From assembly GCA_964558645.1 (NCBI GenBank), contig CAZLEV010000008.1:32001-96000 (forward strand): DNA of 64,000 nt. Direction: 5' to 3'. Origin of the DNA: an uncultured archaeon (lineage in GTDB: Archaea; Asgardarchaeota; Thorarchaeia; Thorarchaeales; Thorarchaeaceae). The stretch's first letter is position 1. Each line of letters begins with the position of its first letter. The translations under genes and the position numbers were made by a program. Below the pieces are notes generated by a model. It saw only the letters and a program-made list of their open reading frames with translations, was not told the DNA's origin and did not search any database. Positions 19,758 through 29,000 of the stretch are shown here, one piece after another.

Positions 19758-21887
19758 ATGTCTGAACTGATATTTCTATTAATAGGCATAGTTTCCGGCC
19801 TTCTTGCAATTTTCACTGCCCTATATATGTTCCAAAAAGTCAAGACGTTCGACGAAGGGAACCAAGAAATGAAAGAGGTCAGTGGATTGATTGAGAAAGG
19901 TGCATATGCTTTTCTCAAGATTCAGTATCGTATTCTCTCGGCCTTTACGGCAGTACTAGCAATTCTGCTAGCTCTGGCCTTTGGCCAGCTTGGAATCCCG
20001 ATTGCTGTTTCATATGTGCTTGGCTCAATTGCAAGCATGATTGCAGGTTATGTCGGCATTATTATCGCAACAATTGCTAACAGACGAACAGCTGCAGCTG
20101 CTGCTTCAGGTGGACTGAATCCAGCCTTCAATGTAGCATTCAAGGCAGGCTCTGTTATGGGACTGATGATTGCGGGCATTGCCCTGGCAGGTCTAGGATT
20201 CCTCTATATACTATGGAACTCGCTGCTCGCACTCACACCCGTTCTCATCTGGGAGGTTGTGACCGGTTTCTCATTTGGAGCGAGTACAGTGGCACTCTTC
20301 GCCAAAGCTGGTGGCGGAATCTACACCAAGACTGCAGATCTAGCTGCCGATATAGTGGGAAAGATTGAGCACAATATTCCCGAAGATGATGCTAGAAATC
20401 CCGCCTCGATAGCTGACGCAGTGGGTGATAATGTAGGTGATGTTGCAGGGACTGGTGCAGACATCTATGACAGCAACGTCGCTGCGATACTGGCGGCAGC
20501 CATCATTGGCGCTGCAATTGACGCTACTCTCGCTCCTGCCGTTTCCTTTGGGCTTCTACCTCTGATGATTGCAGGTCTAGGCACTTTTGCATCGGTCATC
20601 GGAGTGTTTCTGGTTCAGCCGAGAGAGGATGAAGACCCTGGCCCCGTCCTGAATAGAGGGACCTACATAACTACCATTCTGTTTGTCATCTTTACGGTAG
20701 TAGTCACTTGGCTCATGGGTATCGATCTGACGATTGCGGCATCCGCCACACTTGGTCTCATCGCAGGTGTCATAATTGGTGTGACCTCCGATGTCTTCAC
20801 AAGTGACAGAGGGATAGGCGGGTTCAAGCCTGTTCCTACCATGGTTGAGTCTTCGACAAAGAGTGCAGCAAATCTCATTCTCTCAGGATACTCCTACGGT
20901 CTGCTGAGTGCTGTCCCGTCAGTAATCGTGATTGCTGGAGCCCTTGTGGGATCCTTCGTTCTTGGCACTTCTGCAACAACCCTCGGACTTGGCACTTGGG
21001 ACGGTGGAATATACGCCGTGGCAATTGCTGCAGTGGGTCTGCTGGCGACAAACGGAATGATCATGAGTTCCGATGCCTATGGTCCCATTGTAGATAACGC
21101 AAGAGGGGTCATTGAGCATGCACATGTGGGCGAACAGGCGCTCATTGACTGCGACAAGCTGGACGCAAGCGGGAATACGGCAAAGGCAATAACCAAAGGC
21201 TTCGCGATTGCCGCATCAGCGATATCAGTACTGGCTCTCTTCTCGGCATTCATTGGCTCAGCAAGGGAGTTACTTGGGTATGAGCTCATTGTAAATTTGG
21301 CAAACCCATTCATTCTAGCCGGTGGTTTCATCGGAGCATTGGTACCTGTTACATTCTCGGCAATCTTGATTCTTGGTGTTGGAAAGAACTCTGAGCGGAT
21401 GATAGCTGAGATACGAAGACAGTTTGCAGACGACCCTGGTATCCTAGAGGGCACATCCCTGCCCGATTATGACAAATGCATCCAGATAGCAACTTCTGGA
21501 GCAATACGAGAGCTTCTTCCAGGTACAGTCATTGCCATAGTAGTGACCATCATCACAGGTTCAATGCTGGGAATAGAAGCAGTGGCAGGGTACTTGGGCG
21601 GTGCAGTCATGGTTGGCATGATAATGGCTTTGCTGATGTCTAACGCGGGTGGGGCCTGGGACAATGCCAAGAAGATAATAGAGTCTCCCGAATCTCCTGT
21701 CCCAGCTGATGATCCGCGCTATGCGGAAGTCCACGCAAACGCTGTGTTGGGTGATATGGTCGGGGATCCGTTCAAAGACACTGCGGGGCCGTCTATCAAT
21801 ACTCTGCTGGTAGTTATCTCATTGACGGCAACACTGTTCTTGCCAGTCATGGTACAGATACATCTTGCGCTACTGGCTCTGTTCTAA
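19758..21887 (+). CDS. hppA: Membrane-integral ion-translocating pyrophosphatase (probably K+-independent H+-PPase)
   Basis: GGGIYTKTADLAAD, IPEDDARNP, DNVGD, DAYGPIVDNA, GNTAKAITKG, GGAWDNAKK and GDPFKDTAGP motifs. Confidence 0.95.
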   Translation: MSELIFLLIGIVSGLLAIFTALYMFQKVKTFDEGNQEMKEVSGLIEKGAYAFLKIQYRILSAFTAVLAILLALAFGQLGIPIAVSYVLGSIASMIAGYVGIIIATIANRRTAAAAASGGLNPAFNVAFKAGSVMGLMIAGIALAGLGFLYILWNSLLALTPVLIWEVVTGFSFGASTVALFAKAGGGIYTKTADLAADIVGKIEHNIPEDDARNPASIADAVGDNVGDVAGTGADIYDSNVAAILAAAIIGAAIDATLAPAVSFGLLPLMIAGLGTFASVIGVFLVQPREDEDPGPVLNRGTYITTILFVIFTVVVTWLMGIDLTIAASATLGLIAGVIIGVTSDVFTSDRGIGGFKPVPTMVESSTKSAANLILSGYSYGLLSAVPSVIVIAGALVGSFVLGTSATTLGLGTWDGGIYAVAIAAVGLLATNGMIMSSDAYGPIVDNARGVIEHAHVGEQALIDCDKLDASGNTAKAITKGFAIAASAISVLALFSAFIGSARELLGYELIVNLANPFILAGGFIGALVPVTFSAILILGVGKNSERMIAEIRRQFADDPGILEGTSLPDYDKCIQIATSGAIRELLPGTVIAIVVTIITGSMLGIEAVAGYLGGAVMVGMIMALLMSNAGGAWDNAKKIIESPESPVPADDPRYAEVHANAVLGDMVGDPFKDTAGPSINTLLVVISLTATLFLPVMVQIHLALLALF

Positions 21888-21895
21888 ATGAACTC

Positions 21896-21950
21896 GGTAT
21901 GGGGGCGGCTCCTCAAGGAATCGCCCTCGTATCTCTTCTTTATTCTTCCT
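21896..21950 (+). terminator. Hairpin plus T-rich tract after hppA
   Basis: GGTATGGGGGCGGCTCC-TCAA-GGAATCGCCCTCGTATC imperfect stem followed by TCTTCTTTATTCTTCCT. Confidence 0.55.
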
Positions 21951-22019
21951 CGTGTCCACGCAAACAGAACACAGTGAATCGCCAAAGGTCTTAACAGACT
22001 ACGAATCTCAGATAGAGGT

Positions 22020-22361
22020 ATGTTCATCGGGGACTATGAATTCGGCAGAATTATCATCAACGGTAAGGCATACACAAACGATGTGATCATAGTGGGCGAT
22101 ACAGTTCATGCGAACTGGTGGCGGAAGAGCGGTCACGAACTGCATATGGATGACCTATCTGAGATCACTGAGGCTGAACCCGATGTGCTTGTGGTCGGAA
22201 CAGGATACCATGGACGAATGAGAGTCCTCGAATCTACCAAGAAGGGGCTTGAGCATATTGGCTGTGAACTCGTAGTCCAGAAGACGAACGAAGCCGTCGA
22301 AACCTACAACGAGCATGAATCCAAGCGAAAGGTGGCGGCTGCTCTTCATCTGAGCTGCTAG
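22020..22361 (+). CDS. Mth938-like domain protein (AAMDC/NDUFAF3 family)
   Basis: YEFGRIIING..Y..DVII, VVGTG..GRM and AAALHLSC motifs. Confidence 0.9.
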   Translation: MFIGDYEFGRIIINGKAYTNDVIIVGDTVHANWWRKSGHELHMDDLSEITEAEPDVLVVGTGYHGRMRVLESTKKGLEHIGCELVVQKTNEAVETYNEHESKRKVAAALHLSC

Positions 22362-22702
22362 GGAAACCAAGAGTGCATCAAAAGCTACAGCAGAGCTGAA
22401 TTGTACTGTATGAACGTTTGGGCAATAAGGGGATATCAATTCTGTTTTTGTGTATCCGGTCGCTGAACTCTCGTCCAGTGTCATCGCAGGACTCAAGGAG
22501 TTCGACCTAGTGCCATTTCTGAGAGCACAACACTCTTTGTTCCAAGACTGTCCAACTTACGATGGATTGTTTGGCATTTCCTCTGAAGAACTGCTTCATG
22601 TTACTCGGATGCGCGTCCGCCCATGCATCTTGCGTTTTCGTACTTGTTCTGACGTTCCCCCAAACGGATAAATATCAAGACAGCTATACATTGAGATGCC
22701 TT

Positions 22703-22976
22703 AGAGGAGAGGAGAAAGTACTCTGTGGCGCACTGGGAGGGGGCGCGCCACGCCAGTAAAAAATCGGACTCAGTCTATTTTTCTGATGATCTCATAACTT
22801 CTTCTGTTCGGAGACAAGCACTCTTGTCTGCACGCTGTATGACATCACTTATGAAATCACGATAGGTGAGTTTCAGAAAGAACAGAGAAGTTGGGTCGGC
22901 CCAGAAGAGAAGAGAAAGTAGGTATATTCGCGTGGTTAGGAGGGGGGAGATTGCGAAGGAGACTAGATCTCCTTCA
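22703..22976. repeat. Two imperfect copies of a purine tract followed by a hairpin with a GGAGGGGG loop (candidate ncRNA or regulatory element)
   Basis: AGAGGAGAGGAGAAAGTA at 22703 and AGAAGAGAAGAGAAAGTA at 22903 (16/18 identical, 200 bp apart). Each is followed by a stem enclosing GGAGGGGG. Confidence 0.5.
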
Positions 22977-23135
22977 TGGTTTTCTTCTGAACCAACCCGT
23001 ATCTGAGATTACGGAGCGTTCCATTTTAAGCATTGAGATAGATGCATATTTAATAAACACGACGCCTATCAAAACTAAGTAGGTACTGCATACTGGAGCG
23101 TGTTTCTACTATTTCTCAACCATATGTCCAAGCTA

Positions 23136-23879
23136 CTAAGTTATGTTTCTGGGACTCTCCCTTCTTCGTGATGTTTCTCTTCGAATATCTCCACGCACAC
23201 CTATCGTGAAGGACTGCAGCGGAATCCGTTTGCCTGACCGGAATATGGCGTCTTGAGTCATCTTCAGGATACCTCTGCAGCATGGAACCTCAAGATGTAG
23301 TACCGTGACGTCTTTGATATCGTTGGCGCTAAGGAGTAGGTATAGCTGTTGTACATTCGTGTCATAGTTCTCGAACTTCGGGCAAAACATCACAACAACT
23401 CTTCCCTTGATGAAGTCATTGTGTATACTGGAATAAGCCAAGCTTGCACAGTCGGCCACGATAAGTAGTCTTGAGCCATCTAGGGCGGGATGCTGTGGGC
23501 TCACAAGTCTGAGTTTTACCGGCCATTGATTGAGATAAGAGGGTGTGTCCCCACTTGGGGGAATTCCGTAGTCAGTTTGGTCTATCTGTTCAGTGCCATA
23601 GACTAAGACTTGCTCTAACTCGTCATCAGCTGGTTTCTTCTGAGTGATATGCTCCATTGCGGCCTCCTCATCAAAAGGAACCGTTTCTCTTTCAACAAGT
23701 GTGAGGGCACCTGTGGGGCAGTGACCAATGCATGCTCCAAGCCCATCACAGAAGCTCTCAGCTACGACACGCGCCTTGCCATCCACCAGTTTCAAGGCAC
23801 CTTCCTCGCAGTTGGGGATGCAGTTTCCACAGCCGTTACACAGGTCTTCATCTATTTTGATCATTGGTCGTCTTACCAT
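23136..23879 (-). CDS. 4Fe-4S dicluster ferredoxin-domain protein with C-terminal Cys-rich domain
   Basis: CNGCGNCIPNC and CDGLGACIGHCP; QWPVKL, ADC, CPK and EVPCC motifs. Likely start at 23879 (track 23966). Confidence 0.9.
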   Translation of the reverse strand: MVRRPMIKIDEDLCNGCGNCIPNCEEGALKLVDGKARVVAESFCDGLGACIGHCPTGALTLVERETVPFDEEAAMEHITQKKPADDELEQVLVYGTEQIDQTDYGIPPSGDTPSYLNQWPVKLRLVSPQHPALDGSRLLIVADCASLAYSSIHNDFIKGRVVVMFCPKFENYDTNVQQLYLLLSANDIKDVTVLHLEVPCCRGILKMTQDAIFRSGKRIPLQSFTIGVRGDIRRETSRRRESPRNIT

Positions 23880-24082
23880 TGCACGCCACAGTTGTACATC
23901 GTTAAGAGATATAATAAAGGTAGTAGTTACCAAATGGGAAGTATAACATTCGTTAAGACTATTCATCTGGCTCCGTTACATGAAGCCGACACAGTAGCAG
24001 TTGGGCCAGGTGACCGGCCTTGGTCAGAGACTCGCAACAAAACATACTGACTAAGTCTGACGAGCTGGGAGCTCAAAGGCTC

Positions 24083-24442
24083 CTAGTAGCCCCATTCCTG
24101 TCCCAAGCGCTGACGGTACCAGCGGGATCCGCGTTTCGTCAAGGAGTACCTGCCTTGTATCTCGCTCAATAGCCCCATGTTGACCATGTTTTGCAGTACT
24201 CCATAGAGTCTGTCCTCTGAGGAGCCAGTCATCTCTGAGAGCTGGGAGAATGAGAGCATTCCCTCTCGCTTCAGGAGTTGAGCCACCTCGAACTTTCCCA
24301 CCGCACGGGTGTCCTTACGGATGATGATGTGTCCGCAGTTCGTGCAGAGGAGATCGCCTTTCTGGTCGTCACGCGCCACTTCTTTGCTTCCACAAATTGG
24401 ACAGGTTGCATTTGAAAACCTGAGTGAGCGTCTATGTGACAT
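24083..24442 (-). CDS. TFIIB-type zinc ribbon plus winged-helix protein
   Basis: CPICGSKEVARDDQKGDLLCTNCG followed by a wHTH ending in YSLTKRG. Confidence 0.8.
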   Translation of the reverse strand: MSHRRSLRFSNATCPICGSKEVARDDQKGDLLCTNCGHIIIRKDTRAVGKFEVAQLLKREGMLSFSQLSEMTGSSEDRLYGVLQNMVNMGLLSEIQGRYSLTKRGSRWYRQRLGQEWGY

Positions 24443-24509
24443 TCTGTTCCGACCATGCCGCCTCGAACCTGAACCTAGATAAAACTAGCGAATACACCAT
24501 GAACTTTTT

Positions 24510-25019
24510 TCATGCTTGATCTGATTGAGAGAGGTTTCTGAAGAATGACTCGTAGTCGATCTCGAATCCCACCCTCTTGCCGGGCCTGACCTTCTTGTTG
24601 TCATCAGAGAACTCGGTATATCCCATCGAATCAAGTTCTCTTAGATCTGCACGGACACCTCTTCGGCTCTTCTTTCTGAACTTCTGTACCCTATCAATGG
24701 AGACCCAGCCCCCTTCCTGATATGCCAGCGTGATCACCACCAGCAGAGTAGATGCAAGCCTATCGGGAAGCGGCGTTTCTTCCAGTGAGTCTTGGGTTCT
24801 TGTACTGGTGTCTAGATAGAATACATGGTCAATCGGATTATGTCTTATCTTCAGACCGAGAGGCTCTAGTTGGTTCTGCAGTGAACCCATCTTCTGGAAT
24901 AACACATGTCTACCAGCATCCTCAGGCAGTGCCAATGCGTCGAGAAGATCAGGCACACCTGCACCAATAGGATTGCCGGTTCTGGTGAGCATTCGGATCA
25001 GGATTGCGTATTCGTTCAT
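24510..25019 (-). CDS. KITE-type tandem winged-helix protein (ScpB/Nse1/MAGE-like SMC accessory subunit)
   Basis: Two wHTH-like halves (LQNQLEPLGLKIRHNPIDHVFYL; LASTLLVVITLAYQEGGWVS...LRELDSMGY); lies downstream of the SMC and kleisin genes; AAGGAGG SD upstream. Confidence 0.7.
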   Translation of the reverse strand: MNEYAILIRMLTRTGNPIGAGVPDLLDALALPEDAGRHVLFQKMGSLQNQLEPLGLKIRHNPIDHVFYLDTSTRTQDSLEETPLPDRLASTLLVVITLAYQEGGWVSIDRVQKFRKKSRRGVRADLRELDSMGYTEFSDDNKKVRPGKRVGFEIDYESFFRNLSQSDQA

Positions 25020-25447
25020 AGTGCTCTACCAAGCCTCCTTTACTGAGTGACCGCGAGTCATGATCCCGATATTCCTTTGCGCCTTGGTCACTTCTTGTGA
25101 CTTCACTTCGTGACTCCCTATTGTGGCTTTGCATTATATACTGATTCCGCACAGCATTGTTTGTGAAGTATCATGGCTCTAGCAACTAATAACCGAACTC
25201 ACTCCGTGAAGACGAACACCATCAGAGGTCAGTCTGCTGAGGCTCTTGCTTATGCCTATCGGACGGTCCTGAGGTGATATTGGATGACTGTTCATTCTCA
25301 ATTACTCTCAGTTAGGAATAGCCGGAGTCGCAGGGCAATATCGACGCAGGCAATCTCAGAGGTATACTTCTCGAGATGAATGCTGTGTGTCCTGATGTGG
25401 TTGATACGTTGAACGATTCCTCACCTGCTAGTCGGGAGATCTCCTGA

Positions 25448-26083
25448 CTATTCTCGCAGAACTATTCTATTATCTGGATTATAGACCAGTCTGCCCCTCG
25501 CTACCAGGATCACGACGAGCAGAAACCTTCGGAGGAACTTCTCGAAGTCCTCATGTTGGACAATGTCGTCGATGGAGATCTCTCTCCCTTTTGGAATACT
25601 CTTGAGAAAATCCTCGAGGTCTCTCATGAATACAGAGTCCTCCGACTGAAACGTGAAGCCATTTGGTAACTCCGTGATCTGAGGGATGGCATCTTCTGGT
25701 GGCTCCTCGGAGAGGGCTTCAATCATATGTAGTACTCTCTCGAAGGCTCGCGAGAGGGGGATGTAACTCAGCGTATTGGTAGTGATCGGGTGATTGTACT
25801 CTATCATCCCTGCCAGGGTTCTGGGTTTCACTCTCTTCAATGCGTTGACGTAGACTTCGGGGGCGGCCAGAATTCGAGCGAGTTCTTGGACCCTTGTGAC
25901 TTTTAGGCCCAATATCTCATTGAGCATCTCATCGACATCGATTCGGCTTCCGATTTCTGCTGCAGATGCCCTCAGTTGCTGAAAAGACTTTGTCAGCTTG
26001 AAATCAAATGGATCCTCTCCCCTCGCACGGATTGCTTCTGCCATTTCGAAGACTTCCTTCGCTAGGTCACCTTCTTCGGTCAT
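25448..26083 (-). CDS. Kleisin (ScpA/Nse4-like)
   Basis: N-terminal GEDPFDFKL (compare ScpA iDPwdIdi) and C-terminal wHTH ISIDDIV...RRFLLVVILVARGRL; directly after the SMC gene. Likely start at 26083 (track 26125). Confidence 0.75.
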   Translation of the reverse strand: MTEEGDLAKEVFEMAEAIRARGEDPFDFKLTKSFQQLRASAAEIGSRIDVDEMLNEILGLKVTRVQELARILAAPEVYVNALKRVKPRTLAGMIEYNHPITTNTLSYIPLSRAFERVLHMIEALSEEPPEDAIPQITELPNGFTFQSEDSVFMRDLEDFLKSIPKGREISIDDIVQHEDFEKFLRRFLLVVILVARGRLVYNPDNRIVLRE

Positions 26084-26096
26084 CACGTTCACCCTA

Positions 26097-29000
26097 CTAT
26101 TGTCCCTCGAATCTGGGGCTCTCAATTATCACGGAGGGTTCAGTACCCTTCGGACTGACTACGCCGATACGTCTGTCAGCATGCTTTAGCAAGTGTGTGC
26201 TCTTGGCGGGTGTGAAGATTATGAACTGACTTCTTCTTGATGAGTCATGAAGTAGCATGCTGACCATCTCAGTGTTAGTGGCGTCGAGAAACGTGTCTAT
26301 CTCATCCAGAGCGTAGACTGGTGCAGGGTTGAAACGCTGAAGAGCTAGGATGAGCCCTATCGCAATCAAGGAGCGTTCGCCTCCCGAGCCTGCGCTTATC
26401 TCCTTGTATTCCTCGCTCTTTATTCTCGATTTGAAGTCTACCCCGTATTCTCCGTCATTCATCGAGAGCTCAAACCTGACTTCTGCTGCGAACTTCACGG
26501 TGCTCAGAATATCATTTACTTCGTCCTCCACCTCTCTCAACGTTTCGTTCATACCGTTGTGATACTGTGTTCTGATATCCCGTACAGCCTCTTCCGCTTC
26601 CTCCAGTTCCTCTCGTATCTCCTCTACCTTCATGGTGAGTTCTACTAGTCGTTGTTTGAGCTTGGACTCATTCTGTGCAAGCACTTCTGATACGTCCTGA
26701 TAGTCGTCTAGTATCGCTCTGACTCGAACAAGTTCTTGACGGACATCTTCTAGAGGCCTTACACCCTCTGGACATTCCTCGCCCTCGAGTGCCTTCCGAG
26801 TTTCATCCAGCTCAATTTCCATGTTGCTCATTTGTCTCTTCAGTTGTAGGACCTGCAGTTGGCTATTCTTTATACTCAGATTGAGTTCGACGAGCTGTTC
26901 AGCGAGTTCTCTGATAACGTCTCGCGAAGTCTGAAGCTCACTGCGAACACTTGTAAGCTCTTCTTCCACCTTTTCCCTGCCTGTCTTCAACGTTTCAATT
27001 GTGTCCAGTATTGTTCTTGCCGATGACTTCGACTTCTTCATTTCCGCACGCAGTTCTTCAAGCCGGTTGCTGAGCATGACAGTATCTTCTTCAATATTCT
27101 TCAGTTCTTGTCTCTTCAGGGCCTCATCTCTCTCGGTAGCGTTGAGGTTCGCCTCTGCCTGTGAGAGATCCTGTTGTAGCCTCTTCTGTTTCATTCTGAT
27201 TGCTCGTTGCTTTCCGACAAGTCTACTTCTCTCGGGTGGCTGAGTGTTATCCAGTGCTCGGAGCTCTCTCTCAGCGATTCCAAACTGTCGTTGGAGATCT
27301 TTAAGCTCATCATCTGTGGCTACTACTCTCTCCTGCAACTCTGGGATCCCTTCCATTAGCTCCTTGCGCTTTTCCCAGGTTCTGCCCCATCTGGTGAAAT
27401 GGCTCAGGAGTTCGACCACCTCTTCTCTCTCCTCCGTGACCTTTTCCAGTTCAGCGATTATCTCTGTGACTCTCTTGGAGGCTACCTTTCGTTGCTTTTC
27501 GAGTTCTTCGAGCCGGGACTGCAGCGGCGCCGTAGAAACCAGACCCGATGGTTCTCTGGCAGGATAGCTCATTGTCCTCGTGTTCTCTGGTACCACGAGA
27601 TGCCCCTCCAAAGAAACAGTAGTGATCCCCTTCTTGCGTGCTAGCCGTGATGCCATACGCGACTCTTCAGCGACAACTATCCTGCCAAAGGCTCTTGACA
27701 ATAGCCTTTCATACAGTTTCTCTAAGGCTACGAGGTTCCAGAGTTCTCCCCGAACATCCTCATCTTCCAGGGAAACCTCATCATGGCCATCTTCATCTAA
27801 TTGGAGGAATATGATGGGGGAGGAGGCGCCCATCTGGTTCCTCAGTCTCTCCAAGAGGGCATATTCAGCTTCATCGGTCACGATAAATGAAAAAGCCAGT
27901 TCATCTCGTAAGACTGCTTCAACTGCTGGTCCGAGGGTGTTATCTGCTTCTACCATCTCTATAACTGGACCGAAGACATTGGTGAGCCCGTGTACCTGAA
28001 GGGTTGCCTTGAGATCTCTCACATTCTTGGGTATCCGTTCTGAGGTCTCTGACAACTGAATCCTCAGGTCTTCGACCTGTTTCTGGAGCTGTGCAGCTCT
28101 AGTGTTCTCTCTGAACCTCTCCTCATTGAGAGTAGCTAGACGGTTTTCAAGGGACGACTTCGTCTTGGCCAAGTCCTTCTGATCGGTGCTCTCCAACGAG
28201 TCCCAGATGTTTCCCCATCGACTCTGGATACTCTCCAATTCGGCCTCGTCGACTTGGAGCCGTTCTCTGAGGCTTCTTAGCATCACATCCTTGCTCTCTA
28301 CCTGTCCTTGAAGGGCTTTGTAGGTGCCATAAGCCTCAGCTCTCTTCGTGTTCCACTCTGAGAAGATAGCCATGGAGTCTTCTAGTTCGTCTTGTTCTTG
28401 TTCAAGCCCTTCGAGTTCAATTTTGAGCCGCTTCAGGCTCTCCATATACTCCTCTTTCGCATTTGACCCTCTCCTCAGGTCGGCTATTATTTTGCTCTTC
28501 TTCCTCTCTTCGTTCTTCATTTCTTGTTCTAGTTTTCGGACTTCGAGACCGGCTTTCTTGCTATCATCCTCAAGTCTGAGTAGTCTGTTCTCCTCTTCCT
28601 TGACTCTCGCATCGATGTTACCTATCTCGCGCTGGAGTTTCTCCATTCTCTCTTCAATGGCTTCTGATTTCTCCTCTTCTTCAGATCGTTTTGCCTCGAG
28701 TTCGGCAGACTCAGCGATGACTTCTCCTAGACCCTCTTCTCTCTCCTCAGTTTCAGAGCGAGTATCCTCGAGCTTCTTCTCCAGAGTCGCTATCGTTGCC
28801 CATTTCAGCTCAAGCTCGAGCTCTTTTTCTGTGGCTTGAAGCTCTCTCTTCCGGAACAGACGCTTCAAGTCCTTCTGAAGGAGTTCAATCTCTTGCTGGA
28901 CTACCTGTGCCTCGGAGACCGCTGATTCTAATCGTCTCTTGTCGTGGGCGACCTGTGTTTCCTGAGAGCTAATCCGGTCTCTGAGAACCCCGAGTCCTGT

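Noticed and set aside
22703-22976. CRISPR array
   Set aside because: Only two short imperfect copies 200 bp apart, with no regular repeat-spacer period and no cas genes.
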